A DNA stretch of 62,890 nucleotides, the filler included, from Welwitschia mirabilis (taxonomy: Eukaryota): NCBI GenBank assembly GCA_051453625.1. It is 9 parts of one record of this genome, joined end to end, with 100 filler letters (N's around TTAATTAATTAA, not from the genome) between each part and the next. Parts side by side here need not be neighbours in the genome. Positions count along the whole stretch, not along the records: positions 49,332 to 50,973 come from JBOZIK010000001.1; positions 51,074 to 55,445 come from JBOZIK010000001.1; positions 55,546 to 57,242 come from JBOZIK010000001.1; positions 57,343 to 58,788 come from JBOZIK010000001.1; positions 58,889 to 60,433 come from JBOZIK010000001.1; positions 60,534 to 62,890 come from JBOZIK010000001.1; 3 more parts are not named here. One strand, 5' to 3'. Shown in pieces: positions 50,642 to 62,890 of the stretch. Position 1 is the first letter of the stretch. The number at the start of each line of letters is the position of its first letter. The position numbers and the translations under genes are program-made. Below the pieces are notes generated by a model that saw only the letters and a program-made list of their open reading frames with translations, did not search any database and had not been told where the DNA came from.

Positions 50642-51480
50642 TGTTGCACTACCAACTTACATGTATTTAATAGGATATTCTGACTTGTTTTGTAGATAAA
50701 TTAGCAAATATATGCTTATTTCTCATGATAATGGAGAACTAGGATGAAAAGAATGCAAACATGTGATTTCTAGATAAATTACAAGCATTCTATGCAAATA
50801 TGAATGAATGATATTTTGGAGGATAATTTCCTATAAACAATAAAGAAACTAGACTAATTGAAGATTCATTAAAGACCATCATCCACCTCATAGTTTGGAC
50901 ATCAATACGGATGACCACACAACTGGATGATAAAGGTCTCATAGGTAGTCAGACTGGTAACAAACATGCGATCNNNNNNNNNNNNNNNNNNNNNNNNNNN
51001 NNNNNNNNNNNNNNNNNTTAATTAATTAANNNNNNNNNNNNNNNNNNNNNNNNNNNNNNNNNNNNNNNNNNNNAATATGAAATATTTTCTTTTGTGTTTA
51101 GATGTATGAATGATCTTCTCCCTCATAGTTTATGTTATTTGAGATTTAGTGAAAAGCTCCTTTTGTGATATAGATTATGAGGGTGACCTTTGTTAAGGTT
51201 GTAATTAGTTAATTTAGATGCATCGCTATTTTGTTTCCTAGATTATACTTGCACAAGTGTGTTTTATTTGATTTTCATGCATTGAAAATTATTTTTGTAG
51301 GTTAGGGTTACTATATTTTTATCTTGAAAGTAACTCTTTTATTTCCATACTTTATCCTTCAATGGATTATGATATTTGAGTCACTCCCATCTATGTTAGT
51401 GTGTTTTGTTTGTGCCTATTATTTATAGTTAATAGGATTCTAATCAGGATGTGAACATTGCATAAATATGCACTGCAATA
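50642..51480 (+). repeat. LTR family A 3' LTR (gapped); PPT at 50629-50641
   Basis: AAGTGGGAGGATA followed by TGTTGCACTACCAAC. Ends ...AAATATGCACTGCAATA, the reverse-complement homolog of the 45693 end. Confidence 0.75.
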
Positions 51481-52625
51481 ATTACTTTCTTCATCAATTA
51501 TAAAACTTGACACATTCTCCAATACTAACTCATGTGGTGAGTTAAATCAAATTTAAAACCATAATTTTTTGTAATGAGTGCCAATAAATGCTATAGGAGT
51601 AAGTGTCTTGTTACTAAAATCATCTTCATAATTTTAATCATTACTATTCTAATTAGACACATTGAATTTCTTTTTTTTTTTTTTAAGAATTCCTAAATAC
51701 ATTCTTCTTATGGTTGTTTGATACTTAATGACCATATGCCAAAATCCTTTACTAGCATAGCATCGTGTACTTCTTTTTTTGAGTTACCCTTTGATATTCA
51801 AGATAGAGTGCTTAGATCCTTTCTATTTTCTTATATTTGACATGCTAATATCTTCTTAAATTTTCTTGTAAAGAGGGTTAATTTTTCATCCTTAGAACAA
51901 CTAGTAGGTTTTACATTCTTATTTCTAGAGGGAGGAATTTGATTTACATTTAAAGACATATCTATATCTTTGTTACATTTTTAAAGATGCCATAATTCAA
52001 AGGTTAAGATATCACTTATCAATTCTTCAAGCTTAAACTTCTTAATATTTTTTATGTCTTTAGTGAATAATACTTTATTCTCCTAGGCATTGAGAAGTAA
52101 TCTTAGAATCTTCTTAGCTATTTGACTTGTGTTCAAAGATTCTTCAAGTTTCCATAGCCTATTAACAATGTTGATTAGTTTGTTGTTGAAATTTGTAAAT
52201 GTCTTATCTTCTTACATTTTGATTTATTTAAATTATGTCATCAACATTTGCTTCTTTGTCTTCTTTATTTGACTAGTTCCTTTGTAAGTCACTTATATAA
52301 AATCCTAAATATCTTTAGTAGCAAAAACATTTGTTACCCTTTTTCAGTTTTCTTTATTGTGACAACAACTTCAAGCATTTGTAACTTTCTTGTTAATCAT
52401 GGATTTGTATTAATCAGCATTTTTTCATTTACTCTTTAGCTTGATCACAAATGTTATAACACTGTCAACTACTTGTGCTTCCATGAAAGGTTGAAATACT
52501 TTATTAATAATATTTTAATAATTAAAGCTCATAGCTTTAATGAAAACTTGCATTCTGATATTTCAAAATTCATAATTATTACTACTAAAGTGGGAAGGAC
52601 AATTAATTAGTTTATCCTCCATCTT
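51481..52625 (-). pseudogene. Copia/SIRE gag relic
   Basis: Minus-strand NNYEF*NIRMQVFIKAM (cf. NYxYWKxRM), EELISDILTFE (cf. DELIGSLxTYE) and a decayed zinc knuckle CYASKGFWHM. Confidence 0.7.
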
Positions 52626-52672
52626 TGGAAACTTGTTAAACATTTAAATACAAGCAAAACATACCTAAATTA

Positions 52673-52686
52673 AAGCTTTGATATTA
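52673..52686 (-). other. Decayed tRNA-iMet PBS
   Basis: AAGCTTTGATATTA (cf. GCTCTGATACCA) lies between the gag start and a SIRE-like LTR end TATAGGATTG...CTAGAGGGAATGATTGAATAG. Confidence 0.55.
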
Positions 52687-52689
52687 ATT

Positions 52690-55089
52690 TATAGGATTGA
52701 TTATTCTAGAGGGAATGATTGAATAGACTAATTAATCTAATTTTGTTAAATTTAAAGTTTAACTCTTTGAAGAAACAATGAAATTAATCTAGTAAAATAA
52801 AGTATAATTAGTCTTACTAAACCTCTAATTATAATTCATGAAAATGATAATTTAGCTATATGAAATTTACCAAAAATTAAGAACATAAGAGACTAATGTA
52901 AAGAAAACAATCCTGCTTTCCTTTATCTCATGTAAATTCTTTAGTCATACTATATAGGACTTTGTAATAATCATTTAATAATACAATCGTATTTTCTAAT
53001 AATCCTCAGTAAGTAATACAAGCTCTAATTTACTTGCTTACATAGTGATGTGCTCTTTTTTAAGAATAGAAAATACAGAAAGTGAGTATGAGAAGGTTTG
53101 CAAGATCTTTAGAAAGATTAAAAAAAGTTCAAAATAATTTCAATAGCTTTTATATTTATAACAAATGAAATATAGTTGTTGATTATAATCATGATGTTTT
53201 ATATAACTATTGAAGGTCTAAAAATGATTGGTTTGCTTCCCAATAAAACTTTAGATAGTTATTTCTAGTCTTTAAGTAACTATATTTTTGTTGATCATTG
53301 AAATAATAGTCAAACCATTTAAGGATTTAGACAAGCCCTTATGATATAATATGGAAGATTACTTTGGATGATTAACCCCTTAAAGTATGTGATTAACCCA
53401 TTATAAAACATTAATTTGTTAAGCAATTGATCTTTGAAGAGTGTCGATTGACTGTAAGAATTATGTTTATTTACTTTGTACTAGGTGGATGACCTCTAAG
53501 TATTGCTAGGTTTTCATAAAGATTAACCTATGAAATGTACCAATTGATCATAAAATTATGCAAGATAATTTTGATTTAGGCAGTTGATCCTTTGACAAAG
53601 GTTTATTGATTATACTCTAACATTCCATAAGTTTTGATAATTTTAATGCATGATCTGTGTATAGCAATGAATTTGATTTAACTAACTAAAACACTTAGTA
53701 TCATTCTTTCATAGGGATATATGTGATAAAGTTTACAAAAGGGATATGATTATTACAACTTGCAATGAAAAGAAAAACACAATGAAAACTAAAAGTTTGG
53801 AAGAAAGTGATCTTTGATTAGAAACATAAGGGAACAACATGTTTTAAGGATCTAGCCAATTTATCTAACTCTCTACCTTTGCTCTAATGATTTCTATATT
53901 CTAAACATAACAATTAAGTAAGCTCCACCTAAAAATTACTAATGCTAAAAAAATTGTACAATTAAGAATTAGTCCTACTTAAATATTGCTAATTCTAAAT
54001 AAATTATACAATAATAATGAAAGGATTAAAACTAATTTTAGAACTAGTCATACCTAAATATTTCTAATACCAAATGACATTATGCATTAACAATGAAAGG
54101 GTCTAAACCAATTCTTTTATTAAAACTAAAATTAACATACATTACATTAATTGAGAAGAGAGGTAAAGAACATAAACTTTTCAACTAGTCTTAGATCATT
54201 ATATCCCCAAGAAAGGTTATCAAAGTGCCATGACATCCTAGTCCTTAATTCTTTCCCATGTTAAGCCAACTAAAAGATTTTTATAATGGGTACCCAAGAC
54301 CCTTTAATAGATGAGGGATGCTTGAAGAAATTCATCATGATTATGTTAGATTATTATTATGCATTAGATGGGCAATTCCATAAGGGGGATTACTTAAGAA
54401 TGACTACATAAGGATGACGTTACAAGTTTTTGGCATGTAGACATAAGAAAAATTTCTTTAACATCTTGTGAAAAAATGGTGATGACGTGTCCTTTGACTA
54501 TTAATGATGCTTACAATAGATACCATGTCATGTATCTTTCACATGAACATCCTCATTTTGTCACATGTTGCTTTGACATATCATTTGGTACTTCCACCAT
54601 GTGTTATTAGGTTTAAATATTTATTTTGGATTAATTTTGACTTAGTCCATAAGTTATTTGTAATGAATGTCCCCAATGGATAAAGGAATGTACTAGTGGG
54701 ACCAATGTTTAGCACTAGAATTTCTTTAGATTTCACATTATTCTTCATAATATAGTAAGAAATCTTCCAATTTTTAGGGAAAAATTCGTATTTACATGAA
54801 AATAGATAAAAAGGGTGTAGGACATTAATATGTTATAAAAAATTATGTTTTAACATTTTCCCTATGATAAATTAATCAATTATGCTTGCTTACATGTTAA
54901 CTTTTACATGTAAATAATGCACACTTGATTAGATCCTTAGCCATGAACTGTAAGTGTCTTGAATCTCTTTATCGAATATTTTTAATTTCTATTCCAAGTC
55001 CTTCATATAAGTCCTACAAAAATATCATTTTAGTAAAGAATTAAGTCAATATTTTACTTGTCATTAATTAACACCTCAGAGATGTAACA
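52690..55089 (-). repeat. SIRE-like 5' LTR interrupted by a solo LTR
   Basis: The start resembles the 17328 and 18226 termini. Sequence resumes after 54921 and has a plausible end ...GATGTAACA at 55089. Confidence 0.5.
53651..54916 (-). mobile_element. Solo LTR (family B related) with 5-bp TSD ATGCA
   Basis: ATGCA at 53646-53650 and 54917-54921. TG start and ...CATGTAAATA end. Colinear with the LTRs at 23296-24597 and 28936-30218. Confidence 0.8.
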
Positions 55090-55296
55090 AATTATTTTAT
55101 TTAGCTTCATATACATGGACATCATTCTCTATACTTAATCAAGTTTTCCTTTCCTTTAGTTTTGTAGAATACTCATAAATAACATTTATGATGGTCTCTA
55201 TGGAAGTTTAATATCCATCTTTAATAGTCTACCACACTTTATACTTAAGAGACTATAAGTATACTAATATCCTCATATTCTAATAGGCATAGTTTG

Positions 55297-55445
55297 TGTT
55301 GCGACGCCAACTTATGTGTATTTGATAGGGTATTTTGAGTTGTTAGATAAATGCCTAATTCCTATGATAATCGAGAATCTAGGAGCACAAGATGAAAACA
55401 TGTAGTTTATCAGATAATTCATGAGAATTTCATATAGATATGGAT
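55297..55445 (+). repeat. LTR family A 5' end (runs into a gap)
   Basis: TGTTGCGACGCCAACTTATGTGTATTTGATAGGG. Confidence 0.65.
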
Positions 55446-56620
55446 NNNNNNNNNNNNNNNNNNNNNNNNNNNNNNNNNNNNNNNNNNNNTTAATTAATTA
55501 ANNNNNNNNNNNNNNNNNNNNNNNNNNNNNNNNNNNNNNNNNNNNCTTGGATTTGGACCCATGACTTACACTATTGATTTCTTTGACTTCTAGAAAAATG
55601 AGGTTATTAATGAATTTTTAAACCAAGATCTATATTATTTTATTTTTAATACCTAGATGTAAGGTTGATTCTCAAAAATTTAAATACAATAGAGGGAAAT
55701 CAATTTTATGGTCATGTATATGGATATAACTTTTACTATAATTCCTGTGGTCGAATCTAAGACTCCTTCAAAGATGCTTTCAAGCTTTATCATATTCTAC
55801 CTTTGCATGTTATAAGTCTTTTAACATTATCTTAATATTAAGAATAAATTTATAATAATCAAAAAGCTAATGACATTAGACTAGTTGTTTTACAATGGAG
55901 ATTGATTTTGTGGTAGCATGACTCTCATTGAGATATATTCGAAGAAGGCTAAGAAACTAGCTTATCTTTTTTATGATAGCTGAATATATAATTCAACAAA
56001 CATAATAAAACTATCCAAGGCTTATTTCATATGTCATAAACATATATATGATAAGATTTATACAAGTTATTATGATAACTTAGAAGTAGGTTAAAAGAGC
56101 AAGCAGTGGTGAATTCAAAATATAAATTTCCTTAGTATGTAATTAATTCCAACATCTAAAAATTTATTTTATAATTGGTTGTACAAAATACACTTATATA
56201 GTGGGATCAACCAAAAATGTTATAAGCTAAATAAGACTTTTAATAAGAATTGAAAAATTAATTTGCATAAGATGATAGAGGAAATTTTTTCCTGATTTGC
56301 TTGAAATGAAACCTAATTAAAAATAATATAGATGAAATAAATGTAATGAATGAAGATGAAATATAAGAAATGAAAATGCAAATGAAGTAATTTAATCTAA
56401 ATGCAAGTGTTAATCAATTAACTAATCTATTATCACTTAGATTGATTCTTATAAAATATATCAATTATAGAATAATTATTCTAGATTGCAATCAATATAA
56501 ACTCTAAGAAAAATAAGAGAATTTCATATAAAAACATAATTCAATCAATGTTTATTAAATTAATTAGATTATTTTACATACACTTGCAAGAAAACTCTCC
56601 TTAATGAAGGAATCACAGCT

Positions 56621-57242
56621 TATTGTGCTACCAATTTGTGGTTATTTAATAGGGTTTTATGAGTTATTTTGTAGGACATTTATACAGGTTTAGGTGCAAT
56701 TCTAAGGATTTTGGAGATACAAGAGGAAATCTTGAAAAATTGAGATTCTTATCCAAATTTGATGTATTAAAGGCACTTTCTGATGCACAAAGCTTTGAAA
56801 AAGGATTATTAATAAAAATGATAAGTTTCTTCTTAAGNNNNNNNNNNNNNNNNNNNNNNNNNNNNNNNNNNNNNNNNNNNNNNNNNNNNNNACAACAGTT
56901 GAATCACTACTGAGTCATCATTCTGAGTTATCTTGTGTAATATGCTGTTATCCCCATTATTGTCTGAACGATGGTCTAGATGACACTGACATGTAATTGA
57001 CTCTGACAGTGACTTGTAACTGTTTCATCCATTTCTGAATTATAAATGAACATGCCTAACCATGCCTTCTATTTTTCCTTTTCTACTATATTTTCCTATA
57101 AATAAGTCCTCCTTTGACTCTCCTTCTTATTTTCGTTGCATCAAAAATTCTTATGATAAGAGATCAAAGGGTGGGAGATCCATCTTAAGTGTTGCAGAAA
57201 GACATGTACTTGATGGAGGGTTGTGGATTCGCCATTGAGAGC
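56621..57242 (+). repeat. LTR family A fragment
   Basis: TATTGTGCTACCAATTTGTGGTTATTTAATAGGG start; internal similarity to the reverse complement of 46560-46700. Confidence 0.55.
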
Positions 57243-57342
57243 NNNNNNNNNNNNNNNNNNNNNNNNNNNNNNNNNNNNNNNNNNNNTTAATTAATTAANN
57301 NNNNNNNNNNNNNNNNNNNNNNNNNNNNNNNNNNNNNNNNNN

Positions 57343-58369
57343 ACTCTCAACTAGAACCATCAAACTTTTAATATCCAAATGATCAACTTATAAATCTTAC
57401 AGATGAACTTAGAAGAACAAATGCCAACATAGAAAACATGGTAAACATCTTTTAACAAATAATCCTAAAAAACCAAAGATCTTAAGGAACTTTAGCAATA
57501 CAACCTTTATCAAATCTAAATGAATTAAGAAAATATTATAAGATTGTGATAAAAAGTGGACAAGAAATAAACCCTCCTCCAAATGAACCTTTCACCTCCC
57601 AAAATAACTTTAGAAATGATGAAGAGGAAGAGGAATAGGACATAAAGATATTAGAAGATTACAACTTTCCTTCTCTTAGTAAAAATAAAAATAAAAATCT
57701 TTCTTAACAAACCATCCCNNNNNNNNNNNNNNNNNNNNNNNNNNNNNNNNNNNNNNNNNNNNNNNNNNNNNNNNNNNNNNNNNNNNNNNNNNNNNNNNNN
57801 NNNNNNNNNNNNNNNNNNNNNNNNNNNNNNNNNNNNNNNNNNNNNAAGACCTAATAAGAAGAAAACAGAAATAAGTTATCCCTAGTAAGGTCTTTCTTGG
57901 TCAATCCCTCACAAATATAGTATTACAAAAATCACCCAAATTTAAAGATCTAGGAGCAGCAATGGTGAATGTTACTATAGAAGGAAATAAAAAGATCAGA
58001 AAAGCTTTAATAGACATTGGAGCGAGTATTAACATTATGCCTCTTCACGTTTGTAAAAGATTTGGTTTGGAGGATANNNNNNNNNNNNNNNNNNNNNNNN
58101 NNNNNNNNNNNNNNNNNTCAGTTAAGAAATTTTTAGGTGTTATTAAAGATTTGGCAATTCAAATTGAAGAGGATTTCTATCCCATTAATATGATCATCAT
58201 AGAAGTTGAGCATAACATAGGATACCCTTTACTTCTAGGTACAGCCTTTTGTATAACATCCCACTGCATCGTTAATACAAGAGCAGGAACAATGAAATGT
58301 CATTTTAAAAATAGAACATTTACAATTACAGTTTTTGATATAGCTAAGAAAATTTGTATGATGATATGA
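57343..58369 (+). pseudogene. Gypsy (Athila-like) gag C-terminus and aspartic protease relic
   Basis: PKFKDLG, then ORF 57962-58369 with KALIDIGASINIMP and PLLLGTAF. Confidence 0.8.
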
Positions 58370-60533
58370 ACTTAAAAAATAACATCAAATCCACTTTATT
58401 TTTACAACATCACCCACTTGAAGAAAGAAAGATAAAATCACATGAGCCTATGCTTTATAATAACCAACTTGATATTGAAGAAACCATTAATACATCCAAC
58501 TTTGAGAGTGAGAAATAACCTTTAGAGTATAAGAAAGTCTGACTTTTCAAGAAAGATTATGAGGGAGATTGTCCATTACATAAGCTAAAAATTAAAAATC
58601 ATAATTTAAATTTGGATGAAAAAATTGTTTTTAATAGACTTAAAGGTAATTTTCTTTGTGATGATCAAAATAAAACTCTTGCATTCAATAAAAATATTTT
58701 ACCAGAGTTACCATTTCTCTCCCCTCTGAATTCCAAACTTTATGCTTTAATGTGGTATTATAGAGTGTGTTCCAGTACTCCTCTATTCNNNNNNNNNNNN
58801 NNNNNNNNNNNNNNNNNNNNNNNNNNNNNNNNTTAATTAATTAANNNNNNNNNNNNNNNNNNNNNNNNNNNNNNNNNNNNNNNNNNNNATTTTGGGTCTA
58901 CTCCCACTTATACTAGTGTGATGTATTGTGTAAGATATCCATTTTGGTTATAAATGATAGGATCTCTTCAAATGTAAAAACTTGCACAAATACACAATGC
59001 AACATGGCCTCATACCAAGGATATGTTTCTTATAAGCCAAGATGAATCCCTTACCTTGTAGTCTTCAAATTGTTATAAGATAAGTGCACAAAAAACAATA
59101 AAATGTGGTTAAGAGATCTATTTATAGTTTAGGATTAGCAGTTGATTACGCCAAAGGGGATGATGTGGAAGGAAAAAACTAAAACCAACTTTTGTCATAA
59201 TTGTGGTTTTTTGTATTTTATAGTGAACTAAATTTAACTAAGTTTACACTTAGTATCGTTCTTTTCATAGGGATAACTAGGATAGGTTTTCATAAGTTTA
59301 CAATAACTCTTACTTAAATGTAACTTATAATATAAAAAATAAAAAAATAAAAGAGATTAGAAATGGATTGATACTTCATCTAGAATATAGAAAGCAAGGA
59401 TGCTTTAAGTATTTGCTCGATTCATCCTTNNNNNNNNNNNNNNNNNNNNNNNNNNNNNNNNNNNNNNNNNNNNNNNNNNNNNNNNNNNNNNNNNNNNNNN
59501 NNNNNNNNNNNNNNNNNNNNNNNNNNNNNNNNNNNNNNNNNNNNNNNNNNNNNNNNNNNNNNNNNNNNNNNNNNNNNNNNNNNNNNNNNNNNNNNNNNNN
59601 NNNNNNNNNNNNNNNNNNNNNNNNNNNNNNNNNNNNNNNNNNNNNNNNNNNNNNNNNNNNNNNNNNNNNNNNNNNNNNNNNNNNNNNNNNNNNNNNNNNN
59701 NNNNNNNNNNNNNNNNNNNNNNNNNNNNNNNNNNNNNNNNNNNNNNNNNNNNNNNNNNNNNNNNNNNNNNNNNNNNNNNNNNNNNNNNNNCAAAGGCTTA
59801 CTCAAGAACTAGTTGAGACTTAATAATTTAGTTTAAAATTCATCATCACAATAGTCTTGTGATGAAGTTACTTAAACTAATTAAGTTATTGATTTAAGAT
59901 TAATTACTAGGTACATATATTACACTAAGAGGGAATACAAAAAAATATAAAACATAATAGTGGTTAATGAACTACTAAGTAATACTTATTTCTATGTGCT
60001 AAATTGTTCTAGTTTATGTTCAGCTACACAAACAAGAGCAAGANNNNNNNNNNNNNNNNNNNNNNNNNNNNNNNNNNNNNNNNNNNNNNNNNNNNNNNNN
60101 NNNNNNNNNNNNNNNNNNNNNNNNNNNNNNNNNNNNNNNNNNNACTGAGTAATACTTATTTCTATGTGCTAAATTGTTCTAGTTTATGTTCAGCTACACA
60201 AACAAGAGCAAGATTGAAGTGATATTACTTTTTCAAGTAATAAAGTATGCACATAATGGTATTCAAATACTTTTTAGCTTTATATTAAAATACTAATTGT
60301 TACATAAAGATGATCTAACAAACTATGTTATCTTTTGCACGTAAGACTATGAAATGTAGGAAAATGCTGCTAACACCTTTGTAGATTGGCTGGAGTTCCC
60401 TAGCTTGATCTTCTTGTCTTATCTATTTCTAAANNNNNNNNNNNNNNNNNNNNNNNNNNNNNNNNNNNNNNNNNNNNTTAATTAATTAANNNNNNNNNNN
60501 NNNNNNNNNNNNNNNNNNNNNNNNNNNNNNNNN

Positions 60534-62890
60534 GCATAGTATTTTCTTAGTAGAAGTACAATTTTTACTTTCTTGTAATCTTTTAATTTAGTTTTTATTT
60601 TAAGTTTTTCTAGTGCTTGGTACTAGTCGTTTTTAGTGAAACTAGAGCTAGTCTGTTTTTGTTTTCCTTTATTTGTTTAATTTCTTTCCTTTATTTCTAG
60701 TGGTTGGTACTAGTTATTTTTAGTGATACTCGAATTGATCTATTTTCTTCCATTTTCTTTTATTTCTAATAATGGGTACTAGTCCATTTCTTTTGGTATC
60801 CAAGTTGGCCTAGTTTTGAGTTTTCTTTAGATTTTCTTCTCTAACTTAATTCATATTTCATATCAAAAATTTATGTTATAGGTCTAACAATTTTTTTGGG
60901 GTGGCAACCAAATGAAAAAAAAACTAAAATCTTAACTCATTTCTTTGTCTGCTTCCTTTTATTTCCTACATTTTCTTCATGTGATAGTTTAATTTCTTGT
61001 TCAGTGCATTCTGCAAACTTGCTATTATAAAATACTTAAAAAAACTTAGGATTTAATTTTCTTAGAATTGGTTTTAAGGGTGCTACCATTTTTTATTTTG
61101 TTATTTTTTTTATATGACCTATATCATCAAACACTGTGTGAAAAGTGGGTGACACCTATGTATTTTATACAACTAAAACTTACAAATTTACTAGTNNNNN
61201 NNNNNNNNNNNNNNNNNNNNNNNNNNNNNNNNNNNNNNNNNNNNNNNNNNNNNNNNNNNNNNNNNNNNNNNNNNNNNNNNNNNNNNNNNNNNNNNNNNNN
61301 NNNNNNNNNNNNNNNNNNNNNNNNNNNNNNNNNNNNNNNNNNNNNNNNNNNNNNNNNNNNNNNNNNNNNNNNNNNNNNNNNNNNNNNNNNNNNNNNNNNN
61401 NNNNNNNNNNNNNNNNNNNNNNNNNNNNNNNNNNNNNNNNNNNNNNNNNNNNNNNNNNNNNNNNNNNNNNNNNNNNNNNNNNNNNNNNNNNNNNNNNNNN
61501 NNNNNNNNNNNNNNNNNNNNNNNNNNNNNNNNNNNNNNNNNNNNNNNNNNNNNNNNNNNNNNNNNNNNNNNNNNNNNNNNNNNNNNNNNNNNNNNNNNNN
61601 NNNNNNNNNNNNNNNNNNNNNNNNNNNNNNNNNNNNNNNNNNNNNNNNNNNNNNNNNNNNNNNNNNNNNNNNNNNNNNNNNNNNNNNNNNNNNNNNNNNN
61701 NNNNNNNNNNNNNNNNNNNNNNNNNNNNNNNNNNNNNNNNNNNNNNNNNNNNNNNNNNNNNNNNNNNNNNNNNNNNNNNNNNNNNNNNNNNNNNNNNNNN
61801 NNNNNNNNNNNNNNNNNNNNNNNNNNNNNNNNNNNNNNNNNNNNNNNNNNNNNNNNNNNNNNNNNNNNNNNNNNNNNNNNNNNNNNNNNNNNNNNNNNNN
61901 NNNNNNNNNNNNNNNNNNNNNNNNNNNNNNNNNNNNNNNNNNNNNNNNNNNNNNNNNNNNNNNNNNNNNNNNNNNNNNNNNNNCAAGAGATAGTTTAAAG
62001 ATCAAAATAATGTAGCCAAAAACCCCTTAAGAAAACCCTTAATGATTACCCTTAACTCAATGCTTAGGAACCACTACCTGCATAATATAAAAGCCTATAA
62101 ACTAAAGGTTATAATTTGAACTATCTGCCATCTAGCTATTACTTCACTTTCATTGACTAAAATTAGAGGATCCATACTTATACATTAAGGAATTTAAGTG
62201 TGTATTGTAACCGTATCCTAATGTCCAAATACTTATTACATCCATAAGCTTATTTTTTCTATTTTTCTTAAAAAATAAGACTAAATCATGGCTCTATACC
62301 CTCAAGTTCTTATTCATCAAATCTTGATCTAATTTAAACAAGGATTTTATCTTCAAATTCCTCCCAAATCACAAAATAAACACCTTAAGATGTAAAATAA
62401 TGAATGAACAATAAAAAGATCATAAAACCTTTTTTCAAGCATTAAAAATATTTAAGAACTTATTACAAAAATTTGTACAACATGAATTTGTTCCAGGGAG
62501 AGAAATTAATTTATTTTATGATGGGTTATCAATAAATAATAGGAAACTAGTTGAGATGATAAGTAGGGGTAGTTTCCTTAGTATGTCATTAGATGAATTT
62601 TGGAACTACCTTAAAATAATAGAAAAGATTTCTAAAAATTGAAAAAAATCAAGTGAACCATATAGATTTCATTACCCTATTAGGTTTAATAGTGTATTTA
62701 AAGTACCTGAAAACTTTAAGATCAATAATAAGATAAACAAGTTAGCATAAAGAGTAGAATCATTGTTCACCTTACCTTTACCATTACCTCCCTAATCTGA
62801 ATGCATAATTTACCATAAAGATACAGATGAGATAGCAGAGTATCCCTCTGTTCCCTTATTTTAGCACACTATAAATGAATAAGTTAACAT
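60534..62890 (+). mobile_element. Athila-like 5' UTR (ACTAGT repeats) and gag relic
   Basis: 60600-60800 is the reverse-complement homolog of 28715-28850. Gag motifs LEDPYLYIKEF, LKNKTKSWLYTL and FYDGLSINNRKLVEMISRGSFLS at 62160-62590. Confidence 0.72.

Noticed and set aside
59973..60213. ~70-bp direct repeat flanking a 100-N gap
   Set aside because: Near-identical copies abut the gap, most likely an unmerged contig overlap.

Overview
AT-rich, CpG-depleted eukaryotic (plant-like) heterochromatic DNA from a gappy draft assembly. I find no intact host gene, rRNA, CRISPR or prokaryotic system. The window is a stack of decayed, nested LTR retrotransposons. (1) Two diverged Ty1/copia (Tnt1/Tork-like) copies at 1-5354 (+), with a PPT and a short 3' LTR. 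(2) A Ty3/gypsy Athila-like element at ~5355-12633 (-) with gag-PR-RT-RH-IN relics and a tRNA-Asn PBS. (3) Sirevirus (SIRE/Maximus) LTRs with palindromic repeat arrays, multiple PPTs and a 338-codon env-like pseudo-ORF at 17328-22870 (-). (4) A complete ~6.9 kb element with two LTRs and no recognisable pol (23296-30218), inserted into a copy of its own family. (5) A tRNA-derived SINE with a TSD at 31705-31932. (6) A solo LTR with a perfect TSD at 53651-54916 inside a SIRE 5' LTR. (7) Further Athila-like and SIRE fragments. Eight gaps carry an artificial TTAATTAATTAA linker. The most interesting signals are mobile-element structural oddities; I cannot support a claim of a new biological system. 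LTR 'families A/B/C' are my working labels from by-eye alignment.
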